From: Niabella sp.
GTDB taxonomy: Bacteria; Bacteroidota; Bacteroidia; Chitinophagales; Chitinophagaceae
NCBI GenBank assembly: GCA_027493055.1
Contig: JAPUDO010000126.1
Location: 11,901 to 75,900 of the forward strand
Length of the DNA: 64,000 nt
Direction of reading: 5' to 3'
Shown: piece after piece, positions 38,276-47,214 of the stretch
Layout: the number at the start of each line of letters is the position of its first letter
How positions within the stretch are numbered: position 1 is the first letter of the stretch
Notes under the pieces: generated by a model
The model's database searches: none
What the model was told of the DNA's origin: nothing
What the model saw: the letters and a program-made list of their open reading frames with translations, nothing else
Position numbers and translations under genes: made by a program

Positions 38276-38908
38276 ATGCCTGCATTGTCAACATACAAAA
38301 GCAAAAGAAATTTCGGGTCTACAAGCGAGCCTGCAGGAAAAGTGAAGAAAGGCAGCAAACAGCTCCGGTTTGTGGTACAAAGACACGCAGCATCACGCCT
38401 TCATTATGATTTTCGCCTGGAAATGGAAGGGGTGCTGAAGAGCTGGGCCGTGCCCAAAGGCCCATCCCTGAACCCTGCAGATAAAAGGCTTGCTATGATG
38501 GTAGAAGATCACCCTTACGACTACCGGACGTTTGAAGGGACTATACCCGAAGGCAATTATGGCGCAGGCGAAGTGGAAATATGGGACGAGGGTATTTATG
38601 AGGCCCTGCAAAAAGATGCACATAAAAAGGAAGAAACTGTCTTATTGAATGAACTGAAAAAAGGCTCCATAAAATTTATCCTGCACGGCAAAAAGCTAAA
38701 AGGCGAATTTGCCCTTGTAAAAATGCACACAGAAGATGCCGGCAATGCCTGGCTGCTGATCAAACATAAAGACAAGTATGCTGTTACAACCAAATACGAT
38801 GCAGAAAAACTCACTAACAAAACATCAAAAGTAACAAGAGTTGTTGAAGCCAAAGCAGCAAAAAAAGCTGCTGTAAAAAAAAAGCCCCTGAAGCACCAAA
38901 GCATATAA
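38276..38908 (+). CDS. ligD: LigD 3'-phosphoesterase domain (5' part of a frameshifted ligD)
   Basis: YKSKRNF..TSEP, FVVQRHAASRLHYDFRLE..GVLKSWAVPKGPS and VEDHPYDY. Confidence 0.9.
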   Translation: MPALSTYKSKRNFGSTSEPAGKVKKGSKQLRFVVQRHAASRLHYDFRLEMEGVLKSWAVPKGPSLNPADKRLAMMVEDHPYDYRTFEGTIPEGNYGAGEVEIWDEGIYEALQKDAHKKEETVLLNELKKGSIKFILHGKKLKGEFALVKMHTEDAGNAWLLIKHKDKYAVTTKYDAEKLTNKTSKVTRVVEAKAAKKAAVKKKPLKHQSI

Positions 38909-38964
38909 ACAATCATGCGCTGAAGTATTCCGGAGAAAAAAAATTCAGGGATTTCATACACCCT

Positions 38965-40854
38965 ATGCTGGCCAGCCTTAGTAGTCAGCCTTTCAACGAT
39001 CCTGACTGGATCTTTGAAATAAAATGGGATGGCTACCGTGCTATAGCTGAAACAGGAAGTCATTTCAGGTTATATTCCAGGAACGGATTATCCTTTTCAG
39101 AAAAATTTCCTCCTGTGGCAACAGCTTTGCAAAACCAGGAACATGATATGATACTGGATGGTGAAATTGTGGCCTACAACGAAAACAACCTGCCTGATTT
39201 TCAGACCCTGCAACATTTTGGAGAAAATCCTGATACACCATTAGTGTACCAGGTATTTGATCTGCTTTATCTGAACGGGCATAGCACTACCTCGTTATCA
39301 ACAATCGAACGTAAAGAGCTTTTAAAAGAAGCATTGGCAGAAAATGATTTTGTAAAATATTGTGAGCATGTAGAACAAAGGGGCGTTGATTTTTTTAATG
39401 CTGCTAAAGAAAATAATCTTGAAGGTATCATTGCCAAGCGTGCTACAGCGCCTTATTCAGTTGGCAAACGCAGTGGCGACTGGCTTAAAATAAAACATCA
39501 CAATACCGAAGAAGCTGTTATTGCAGGTTTCACTGCACCACGTGGATCACGTAAAAAATTCGGTGCGCTGATACTGGGGCGGTATAAAGATAAAAAGCTG
39601 GTGTATGCGGGGCACACAGGAACTGGTTTTGACCAGCAGTCGCTAACAAAAGTGTATGACCAGTTACAGCCACTCATTACCAAAAAGTCGCCATTTGATA
39701 TAACGCCTAAAACAAATACACCGGCTACCTGGGTTCGGCCCGAACTGGTTTGCAATATAAAGTTCAGTGAACTGACAAAGGAACATATTTTCCGCCACCC
39801 TGTATTTATGGGATTACGTATAGATAAACCAGCCAAAGAAGTAACTATTCCTAAAAATGAAAAAACGATGGCAACAATTAAAAAGGCAGAAGGCAAAAAG
39901 CCTGAAGCAAAAAGCAGGACAGCTAAACATGCCAATAACCTGGAAGACAATCGCACGGTAAAGACCGGGACAAAAGAAGTAAAGCTCACCAACCAAAACA
40001 AAATGTACTGGCCGGACGAAGGGTACACCAAAGGCAACCTGGTTAACTATTATGAAAAAATGCACCCCTATATTCTTCCGTATTTAAAAAACAGGCCGGA
40101 AAGCCTGAACCGCTTTCCCAATGGAATTAAGGGCAGCAGCTTCTATCATAAAGATGCCGGTGATACAGCACCGGATTGGGTTGAATCTGTTGAAATATAT
40201 TCTGAAAGCACACAAAAAAATGTGGATTATATTATCTGCAACGACAAAGCAACACTTATATACCTGGCTATCCTGGTCTGCATTGAAATGTATCCCTTGA
40301 ATAGTACTGTCAACAAATTGGAGTATCCTACCTATATGATCATTGATATTGACCCATCTGGGAAAAACACATTTGACCAGGTAATAGACACCGCCCTGGC
40401 CACCAAACAGGTGCTGGATGAATGTGGGGCAACCTCCTATTGCAAAACATCCGGTGCATCCGGGCTGCATGTATTTGTGCCTATGGGCAACAAATATGAT
40501 TATGAGCAGGTTAAAACCTTTGCACATTTAACTGCTATGAAGATCACAGAATTATTGCCAGACATTACTACCCTGGAGCGCAATCTTAAAAAACGGGGCA
40601 ACAGAAAAATATATGTGGATTATCTGCAAAACCGGAAAGGGCAAACCATTGCCAGCGCTTACAGCGTGCGGCCTAAAAAGGGCGCTACAGTATCCGCCCC
40701 ACTGGACTGGAAGGAAGTAAAAAAAGGCCTGCACCCGTCACAGTTTGATATTAACACGGTCCCTAAGCGTGTAACCAGGCTGGGGGATATTTTTAAACCT
40801 GTGCTGGGAAAAGGCATTGATATTATGAAATGTTTGAAGAAGATGGAGGAGTAG
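38965..40854 (+). CDS. ligD: LigD ATP-dependent ligase plus primase-polymerase domains (3' part; frame open upstream to ~38872)
   Basis: EIKWDGYR, EGIIAKR, DWLKIK, KTSGASGLH and VDYLQNRKGQTIASAYSVRP. Confidence 0.93.
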   Translation: MLASLSSQPFNDPDWIFEIKWDGYRAIAETGSHFRLYSRNGLSFSEKFPPVATALQNQEHDMILDGEIVAYNENNLPDFQTLQHFGENPDTPLVYQVFDLLYLNGHSTTSLSTIERKELLKEALAENDFVKYCEHVEQRGVDFFNAAKENNLEGIIAKRATAPYSVGKRSGDWLKIKHHNTEEAVIAGFTAPRGSRKKFGALILGRYKDKKLVYAGHTGTGFDQQSLTKVYDQLQPLITKKSPFDITPKTNTPATWVRPELVCNIKFSELTKEHIFRHPVFMGLRIDKPAKEVTIPKNEKTMATIKKAEGKKPEAKSRTAKHANNLEDNRTVKTGTKEVKLTNQNKMYWPDEGYTKGNLVNYYEKMHPYILPYLKNRPESLNRFPNGIKGSSFYHKDAGDTAPDWVESVEIYSESTQKNVDYIICNDKATLIYLAILVCIEMYPLNSTVNKLEYPTYMIIDIDPSGKNTFDQVIDTALATKQVLDECGATSYCKTSGASGLHVFVPMGNKYDYEQVKTFAHLTAMKITELLPDITTLERNLKKRGNRKIYVDYLQNRKGQTIASAYSVRPKKGATVSAPLDWKEVKKGLHPSQFDINTVPKRVTRLGDIFKPVLGKGIDIMKCLKKMEE

Positions 40855-40908
40855 TCCATAGTCCATGGACCATCGTCTATGGACTATCGGTCAAATGACT
40901 AAATGATG
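40853..40908. repeat. Heptamer palindrome between ligD and the prfC promoter
   Basis: AGTCCAT AGTCCAT GGACCAT CGTCTAT GGACTAT; AGTCCATAG/CTATGGACT 9-bp perfect stem; TATATTTG -7 box follows at 40910. Confidence 0.8.
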
Positions 40909-40939
40909 GTATATTTGCCGCCTTTTAAGAAAATACACA

Positions 40940-42526
40940 ATGAAGTTTCACGACGAAATAATGAGAAGGCGTACGTTCGCCATCATCAGTCACCCGGATG
41001 CAGGTAAAACTACACTGACGGAAAAATTCCTGCTTTTTGGAGGCGCCATACAGGTAGCAGGCGCTGTAAAAAGCAATAAAATAAAGAAGTCTGCCACATC
41101 AGATTTTATGGAAATTGAGCGCCAGCGTGGTATCTCCGTGGCCACTTCGGTAATGAGCTTCGAGTACAATGGCATTTTGATCAACCTGCTGGATACACCC
41201 GGTCACAAAGACTTTGCTGAAGATACCTACCGTACGCTTACAGCGGTGGACAGTGTAATACTGGTAGTAGACAGCGTAAACGGTGTGGAAGACCAAACCC
41301 GCCGCCTGATGGAAGTGTGCCGTATGCGTGATACGCCGGTGATTGTGTTCATTAATAAAATGGACCGTGATGGTAAAAACCGCTTCGACCTGCTGGAAGA
41401 GATAGAAAAAGAGCTGAGCATTCAGCTGCACCCTATGACCTGGCCTATTAATAGCGGTAAAGACTTTAAAGGGGTTTACAATCTGCATGATAAAAACTTA
41501 CGCCTGTTTGCAGCTAACACTAAAGCTGATGATGAAGATGCCATTGCTATCAGCGATATCAATGATTCGGTTCTGGATGAAAAATTAGGAGCGGCTGACG
41601 CTGCCATTTTACGTGAAGATGTGGAATTGGTTGATGGCGTGAATGGCGAGCTGAACGCAGATGATTATTTAAAAGCAAAAGTATCTCCGGTGTTCTTTGG
41701 AAGCGCCATTAATAACTTTGGCGTGAAGGAAATGCTGGATACTTTTATCCGTATTGCCCCTACCCCGCAAAGTCGTGAAACGAATGCACGTAAAGTAGAT
41801 GTGGAAGAGCCAAAGTTAAGCGGTTTCGTATTTAAAATACATGCCAACCTTGATCCTAAGCACCGCGACCGCATCGCATTTTTCCGTGTGTGCAGCGGCA
41901 GGTTTGAGCGTAATAAATATTTTCACCATGTAAGGCTGGATAAGGAGGTGCGCTTCAGCAATCCTTACTCATTTATGGCGCGTGATAAAAGTGTGATCGA
42001 AGATGCTTATGCCGGCGATGTGGTTGGTTTGTTTGACACGGGCAATTTTAAGATCGGAGATACCCTTACAGAAGGCGAAGATTTTTATTTTACAGGCATT
42101 CCTTCTTTTTCACCAGAGATATTTAAAGAAGTAATTAATAAGGACCCTATGAAGACCAAGCAGTTGGAAAAGGGCTTATTACAATTAACAGATGAAGGCG
42201 TAGCGCAATTGTTTACACAATTTGGCGGTACCAAAAAAATTATAGGCTGTGTGGGTGAGCTGCAGTTTGAGGTAATACAATACCGCTTATTACATGAATA
42301 TGGAGCTTCTGTTGAGTTCCGTGCATTACCATTTTATAAAGCCTGCTGGGTCACCAGTAAGGATGCTAAAAAATTAGATGACTTTACAAAATTTAAGCTG
42401 GCTAACACCGGCGAAGACAAAGACGGGCACCCGGTGTACCTGGCTCAAAGCGAATGGTTCCTGAATACCGAGATCAGCAATAACCCTGATATTGAGTTTC
42501 ATTTTACAAGCGAGATACATAAGTAG
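40940..42526 (+). CDS. prfC: Peptide chain release factor 3
   Basis: [41 protein letters not shown] and GELQFEV. Confidence 0.98.
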   Translation: MKFHDEIMRRRTFAIISHPDAGKTTLTEKFLLFGGAIQVAGAVKSNKIKKSATSDFMEIERQRGISVATSVMSFEYNGILINLLDTPGHKDFAEDTYRTLTAVDSVILVVDSVNGVEDQTRRLMEVCRMRDTPVIVFINKMDRDGKNRFDLLEEIEKELSIQLHPMTWPINSGKDFKGVYNLHDKNLRLFAANTKADDEDAIAISDINDSVLDEKLGAADAAILREDVELVDGVNGELNADDYLKAKVSPVFFGSAINNFGVKEMLDTFIRIAPTPQSRETNARKVDVEEPKLSGFVFKIHANLDPKHRDRIAFFRVCSGRFERNKYFHHVRLDKEVRFSNPYSFMARDKSVIEDAYAGDVVGLFDTGNFKIGDTLTEGEDFYFTGIPSFSPEIFKEVINKDPMKTKQLEKGLLQLTDEGVAQLFTQFGGTKKIIGCVGELQFEVIQYRLLHEYGASVEFRALPFYKACWVTSKDAKKLDDFTKFKLANTGEDKDGHPVYLAQSEWFLNTEISNNPDIEFHFTSEIHK

Positions 42527-43020
42527 TCCGGAAGTTGGAAAGTCCGGGGTCCGAAAGATATGTCCTGACAGTTCAAAGTGGTTGAAAAGCTATCGTTGTC
42601 CCGAGGCATCAATTTTTGGTGCAAAATCAATGAAACGATAACCTATCCTTAATCGTCTTTTCAACTGGAATCCCAGGTTACCGGGATGGAGGGAAAAATC
42701 TCGACGTGAAGTTGCCTTTTGTATAAAGCATTATAGGCGGTACAATAAGTTTCAGGTTCACATTGAGACCCCACCCTACAGTCAGTAGAACTATGGGCTA
42801 TCAGTATATTACAAAATATATCATTGGCAGTCCGGAAGTCGGAGGTCGGAAGAAAACGCTTGCACAGTCAACAATCTCACCTTTCCCTTCGGGGAATTTT
42901 GAGTTCCACATTTCGGAACACTATGCAGGGGCCACAAGGTCCGGAAGTCCGAAGTCCGGAAGTCGTAAAGACAAGTGCTGAGAGTTGAAAGTGGTTGAAA
43001 TATCAGTTATTTCCAACTGA
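42525..43020. repeat. Duplicated ~70 bp unit (AGTCCGG-type array plus a 34-bp conserved block) in the prfC/purB gap
   Basis: 42554-42587 and 42967-43000 match at 29/34 without gaps; a third AGTCCGG array lies at 42829-42852. Confidence 0.75.
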
Positions 43021-43256
43021 AGTGGGTCTGGAAATGGGAAATGGCCGGAGTTAGTAAGAAAGCCATCTTCCTTCGTACTTTCATTCATTTTCATACTTTT
43101 AGTGACTAAAATCACCAAAAGTTATTACCAAAGAGAACTTCAGGGCTTTTACAGGACCCGGATAATGATACAAAATCTTCGATGCAGCTTTTTCATGTCT
43201 TTTTGTTGCGGGCATTTTTACAAATGGCATTAATTGCTTAAAAATATTCTCCGCAA

Positions 43257-44594
43257 TTAATATTTCGCAGCTATGCCCGTGTAATTATGCGGCGTAATTT
43301 TCTTTAGCTCTGCCTTTATTGCAGCAGGTACTTTCAAAGACCCAATAAATTTATGTAAGGATTGTTTGGTAATGCCTTCTTTGCCCCTTGTCAAATCTTT
43401 CAAAGCCTCATACGGGTTAGGATATTTTTCCCTGCGCAGAATGGTTTGAATAGCCTCTGCAACTACGGCCCAGTTACCTTCCAGGTCTGCTTTTAAAGCC
43501 GCTTCGTTCAGCACCAGTTTACCTAACCCCTTTTCTATGCTTTTAATAGCAATAATAGTGTGGGCAACAGGTACGCCAATATTGCGCAGCACGGTACTGT
43601 CTGTTAAATCCCTTTGAAGACGACTCACAGGCAATTTAGCCGAAAGATGCTCCAGCAGGGAGTTGGCTATACCCAGGTTGCCTTCTGCATTCTCAAAGTC
43701 AATAGGATTTACTTTATGCGGCATAGCCGATGAACCTACTTCTCCGGCTTTGGTTTGCTGCTTAAAGTATTCCATGCTGATATAGGTCCAGATATCACGG
43801 CACAGATCCAGCAATATGGTATTGATCCGTTTTATACAATCGAAGTGCGCCGCCAGGTTATCGTAATGTTCTATTTGCGTGGTAAACTGCATCCTTTGCA
43901 ATCCCAGCACTTCTTCTACGAAATAGTTCCCGAATTTTATCCAGTCTGTTTTTGGATAAGCAACATGATGCGCATTAAAATTACCGGTAGCACCACCAAA
44001 TTTAGCAGATACAGGGATATAAGAAAACAATTGAACCTGGTTTTCGATCCTTTCTACAAATACCATTATCTCCTTACCCAATCTTGTTGGAGAAGCCGGC
44101 TGGCCGTGCGTTTTGGCCAGCATAGGTATTTCTTTCCATTGCCGGGCCAGCTCGTGTAAATGATTTTGCAGGTTCAGATAAGCGGGTAACAATTCAAACT
44201 CCAAACTATGCTTCCAAAGTAAAGGAATGGCTGTGTTATTAATATCCTGCGAGGTAAGTCCAAAATGGATCCATTCTTTGGCGTCTTTGGCGTCTGTTTT
44301 ATCTAATTCACTTTTCAGGAAATACTCTACCGCTTTTACATCATGATTTGTGGTTTTTTCAATCTCCTTTATGGCTTCAGCATTTTCCACGCTGAAGTGT
44401 TCTATTACATTGCGTAAATGTTTTTTTGCAGAGGCCGTCAGCTTTAAAAACTTTTTATCAGACAATAAAAACAGGTATTCGATCTCTACAATTACCCTGT
44501 ATTTGATAAGGGCATATTCACTGAAATATTCCTGCAGGTTTTGTACCTGTTTGCTGTAGCGGCCGTCTATAGGCGAAATTGCTGTTAAAGACAT
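43257..44594 (-). CDS. purB: Adenylosuccinate lyase
   Basis: LTAISPIDGRY, TNHDVKAVEY, THGQPASPT and GSSAMPHKVNPIDFENAEGN. Confidence 0.98.
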   Translation of the reverse strand: MSLTAISPIDGRYSKQVQNLQEYFSEYALIKYRVIVEIEYLFLLSDKKFLKLTASAKKHLRNVIEHFSVENAEAIKEIEKTTNHDVKAVEYFLKSELDKTDAKDAKEWIHFGLTSQDINNTAIPLLWKHSLEFELLPAYLNLQNHLHELARQWKEIPMLAKTHGQPASPTRLGKEIMVFVERIENQVQLFSYIPVSAKFGGATGNFNAHHVAYPKTDWIKFGNYFVEEVLGLQRMQFTTQIEHYDNLAAHFDCIKRINTILLDLCRDIWTYISMEYFKQQTKAGEVGSSAMPHKVNPIDFENAEGNLGIANSLLEHLSAKLPVSRLQRDLTDSTVLRNIGVPVAHTIIAIKSIEKGLGKLVLNEAALKADLEGNWAVVAEAIQTILRREKYPNPYEALKDLTRGKEGITKQSLHKFIGSLKVPAAIKAELKKITPHNYTGIAAKY

Positions 44595-44599
44595 TTTTA

Positions 44600-45080
44600 T
44601 TTAGTTGATAGTTCATGGTTGATGGTTCATGGAAGAACAAATCCAACCTATTACATAGATTCTCTGAGTTTGGTTATCATTTTACATAACAATTCATACT
44701 CGTTATAATACTTTTTAAACGATTCTTCGGTAATATAAGTTCTCATTTTTGACAGAAAAAGACAGGCCACAACCTCTATTGATGATTCTAAGTGCAATAT
44801 TTAAAAACCTCTTAAACTCTGGCACGGATTGCCCTGTGCTTCCCTCTGCAATATTCAATACAACAGAATCCGCCGCCCGTTTTATTTGAGAAGCAAGGTT
44901 AAAACGCTCTTCCACGGAAAACTGCCTTGCCAGCAAATCTATCTCGTTTGACAATTCCGCGGTTTTATGCCACACCTTCAAATCTTCAAATCTAAACGCC
45001 ATAGTTGAGAGTTAATAGTTCATTGCTTATAGTTCATAGCCTGTTCTGTGCGAACCATGAACCATGAACCATGAACTAAA
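44600..45080. repeat. Inverted (RGTT[C/G]AT)n arms enclosing the second four-helix-bundle gene
   Basis: 44600-44628 and 45052-45080 are reverse complements at 26/29; a third array at 45003-45039 can also pair with 45052-45080. Confidence 0.85.
44651..45002 (-). pseudogene. Four-helix-bundle (IVS/Avd-like) gene with a +1 frameshift
   Basis: MAFRFEDLKVW...SQIKRAADSVVLNIAEGS...FKRFLNIALR. Removing one A at ~44786 restores SSIEVVACLFLSKMRTYITEESFKKYYNEYELLCKMITKLRESM* ending at 44651. Confidence 0.8.
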
Positions 45081-45110
45081 AAGCTATCTTCGCAAAAATA
45101 AGCATTACAA

Positions 45111-45854
45111 GTGGAAGAAAAGATAAGAGTAGGCATTGTTAGTTATTTAAACACACGACCGCTGATCTATGGCCTGGAACGGCTCTCGATAAAAGATAAG
45201 ATAGCGCTGATAGAAGAACATCCCGCCTTATTGGCAGACAAGCTCAAAAACGGAGAGATTGACCTGGGGTTAGTGCCTGTGGCTGTAATCCCAAAGCTAC
45301 CTCAGAGCTATATCAACGGGAATTATTGCATAGGATCGGTTGGTGATGTGGCCTCTGTAGCGCTCTTTAGTGAAGCGCCGGTTGAACATATCCGGAAAAT
45401 ATATCTTGATTACCAGAGCCGCTCATCGGTGCAACTCCTGCAATGGCTGATAAAGCATCACTGGAAAACAGATCCTGAATATATTACCGCTAATGACGAA
45501 AGCTACATAAAAGAAATAAAGGGTGATACAGCAGCCCTGATCATCGGAGACAGGGCATTAAAACAGCGGCAACACTCGAAATATATTTACGACCTGGCCG
45601 GCGAATGGAAAGCAGCCACCGGCCTGCCTTTTGTATTTGCGGCCTGGGTAAGCACACGGGAACTGCCTGGCGGGTTTATTAAAGAATTTGATGAAGCCAA
45701 TGGATATGGGTTACAGCATATAGATGAAATAGCCGCCGAGCATGATAATGGTATTTATGATTTAAAGAAATATTTTTCGCATAATCTCAGCTATGAGCTG
45801 GACGAAGAGAAAAGAAAAGGGCTGGAGCTGTTTTTGAACAGTATTATGCAATAA
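45111..45854 (+). CDS. mqnA: Chorismate dehydratase (futalosine menaquinone pathway)
   Basis: VGIVSYLNTRPLIYG, LIIGDRAL and DLAGEWKAATGLPFVFAAW. Confidence 0.9.
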   Translation: MEEKIRVGIVSYLNTRPLIYGLERLSIKDKIALIEEHPALLADKLKNGEIDLGLVPVAVIPKLPQSYINGNYCIGSVGDVASVALFSEAPVEHIRKIYLDYQSRSSVQLLQWLIKHHWKTDPEYITANDESYIKEIKGDTAALIIGDRALKQRQHSKYIYDLAGEWKAATGLPFVFAAWVSTRELPGGFIKEFDEANGYGLQHIDEIAAEHDNGIYDLKKYFSHNLSYELDEEKRKGLELFLNSIMQ

Positions 45855-45884
45855 TGCATTTGTCTGAATCCGGAATATGATCCT

Positions 45885-46321
45885 TTATCTCATATATTTC
45901 ACATCAAAATAACCAGAGTCTTTTCCACCGGTTAAATTCAGCCACTTTCCTGAAACAAGTGTGCGTTTCTTTCGGTCATATACCCGTCAGTCTTTGCTCT
46001 ACACCAATATTGTGATAAATCCCATAAAGTGTCTTTATCGTACCGGAAAAAATTGAATCATTGGTCAGGGACCAGGTTCCTATTGCAAAATGTTTTACGC
46101 CTAATGCTAACCCCTCTGTTGTAATAACGCCATCCGGCTTGATATAAAAAGTCCATTTATCGGGGACCTTATTTAAAATAAAACTGGCATACTCTCCTTC
46201 CCTAAAACCAGCTATAGGAAGATCGGGGGGCTACAGTTTTGTCTTTTTTACAACCAACAACAAATAAGAATAGCAGTCCAACAACAAGCGCTATACCTGG
46301 CTTAATAAATATAACGCTCAT
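45885..46321 (-). pseudogene. Decayed lipoprotein gene (two frameshifts)
   Basis: Not in the ORF track. ATG 46321 gives a signal peptide with VVG-CKKDK. Shifts at the G6 run (46225-46230) and at ~45980 join ...WTFYIKPDGVITTEG...GTWSLTNDSIFSGT... to ...SGKWLNLTGGKDSGYFDVKYMR*. Confidence 0.65.
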
Positions 46322-46437
46322 ATTGCAAATACAAGTAGCAGGATAACCTCTCAATGATTTTCAAAATATTAACTGTAAAGGTATTAAAAACTATCAACAA
46401 AGGCTATTTTTGCGGGAAGCTACAAATTAGTGCATAA

Positions 46438-47214
46438 ATGAAAGTTGTAATATTTGCCGGTGGATTGGGAACCCGCCTGTCCGAAGAAACCGATGTGCGG
46501 CCTAAGCCCATGGTGGAAATTGGCGGCAAACCTATTATTTGGCATATTATGAAGATATACAGCCATTATGGGTTTAACGATTTTGTGGTGTGCCTGGGAT
46601 ATAAGGGATACGTAATAAAGGAGTATTTCATGAATTACTTTTTGCACAATACAGATCTGACAATTGATATAAAGAATAATAAAGTAGCCTATCATGCCAG
46701 CAAAAACGAAGATTTCAAGATAACATTGGTAGACACAGGAACCGATACTAAAACCGCCGGCCGTTTGCAAAGGGTTAAAAAGTACATTGGAGATGAAGAT
46801 TTTATGTTAACCTATGGCGATGGTGTAAGTGACATAAACATTAATGAGCTATTGGCCTTTCATCAAAAAGGAGGAAAAATTGCAACAGTAACAGCTATAC
46901 AAATGGACTCCCGTTTTGGGGGTATGGATATAGATGCATCGGGGGATGTATCTTCCTTTAAAGAGAAGGCAAAGGACGAAAGTAAATGGATCAATGGTGG
47001 TTTTTTTGTATTAAAATCCGAAGTTTTCAATTACCTCGAAGAAGACATGACGGATATGATGTGGGAAGATGCCCCGTTAGAGCAGCTTGCAGCCGATGGC
47101 CAACTGCAGGCATTCCGGCACAGAGGGTTCTGGAAACCCATGGATGCGCTCAGGGATAAAATAGAACTGGAACAATTGTGGCAAACTGGTAAAGCAAAGT
47201 GGAAACTGTGGTAA
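46438..47214 (+). CDS. rfbF: Glucose-1-phosphate cytidylyltransferase
   Basis: AGGLGTRLSEET..RPKPMVEIGG, LTYGDG and GFWKPMDALRDK. Confidence 0.95.
   Translation: MKVVIFAGGLGTRLSEETDVRPKPMVEIGGKPIIWHIMKIYSHYGFNDFVVCLGYKGYVIKEYFMNYFLHNTDLTIDIKNNKVAYHASKNEDFKITLVDTGTDTKTAGRLQRVKKYIGDEDFMLTYGDGVSDININELLAFHQKGGKIATVTAIQMDSRFGGMDIDASGDVSSFKEKAKDESKWINGGFFVLKSEVFNYLEEDMTDMMWEDAPLEQLAADGQLQAFRHRGFWKPMDALRDKIELEQLWQTGKAKWKLW

Noticed and set aside
38596-40527. Long antisense ORFs over ligD; similar ones occur over araA, araB, prfC, purB and carA
   Set aside because: Opposite-strand shadows of clear genes, with no recognisable motifs.
42525-43030. CRISPR array or integron attC sites
   Set aside because: Only two good copies with 413-bp spacing and no cas genes; the GTT...AAC order is the reverse of attC core sites; no integrase.
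42763-43118. Short ORFs 42763-42981 (+) and 42921-43118 (-)
   Set aside because: Both read through heptamer arrays (SPEVGGR, LPDFGLPDL) and resemble no family; probably spurious.
45111-45854. Futalosine-pathway mqnA as an anomaly in Bacteroidota
   Set aside because: As I recall, this pathway is already known in Chitinophagaceae-type genomes; ordinary.
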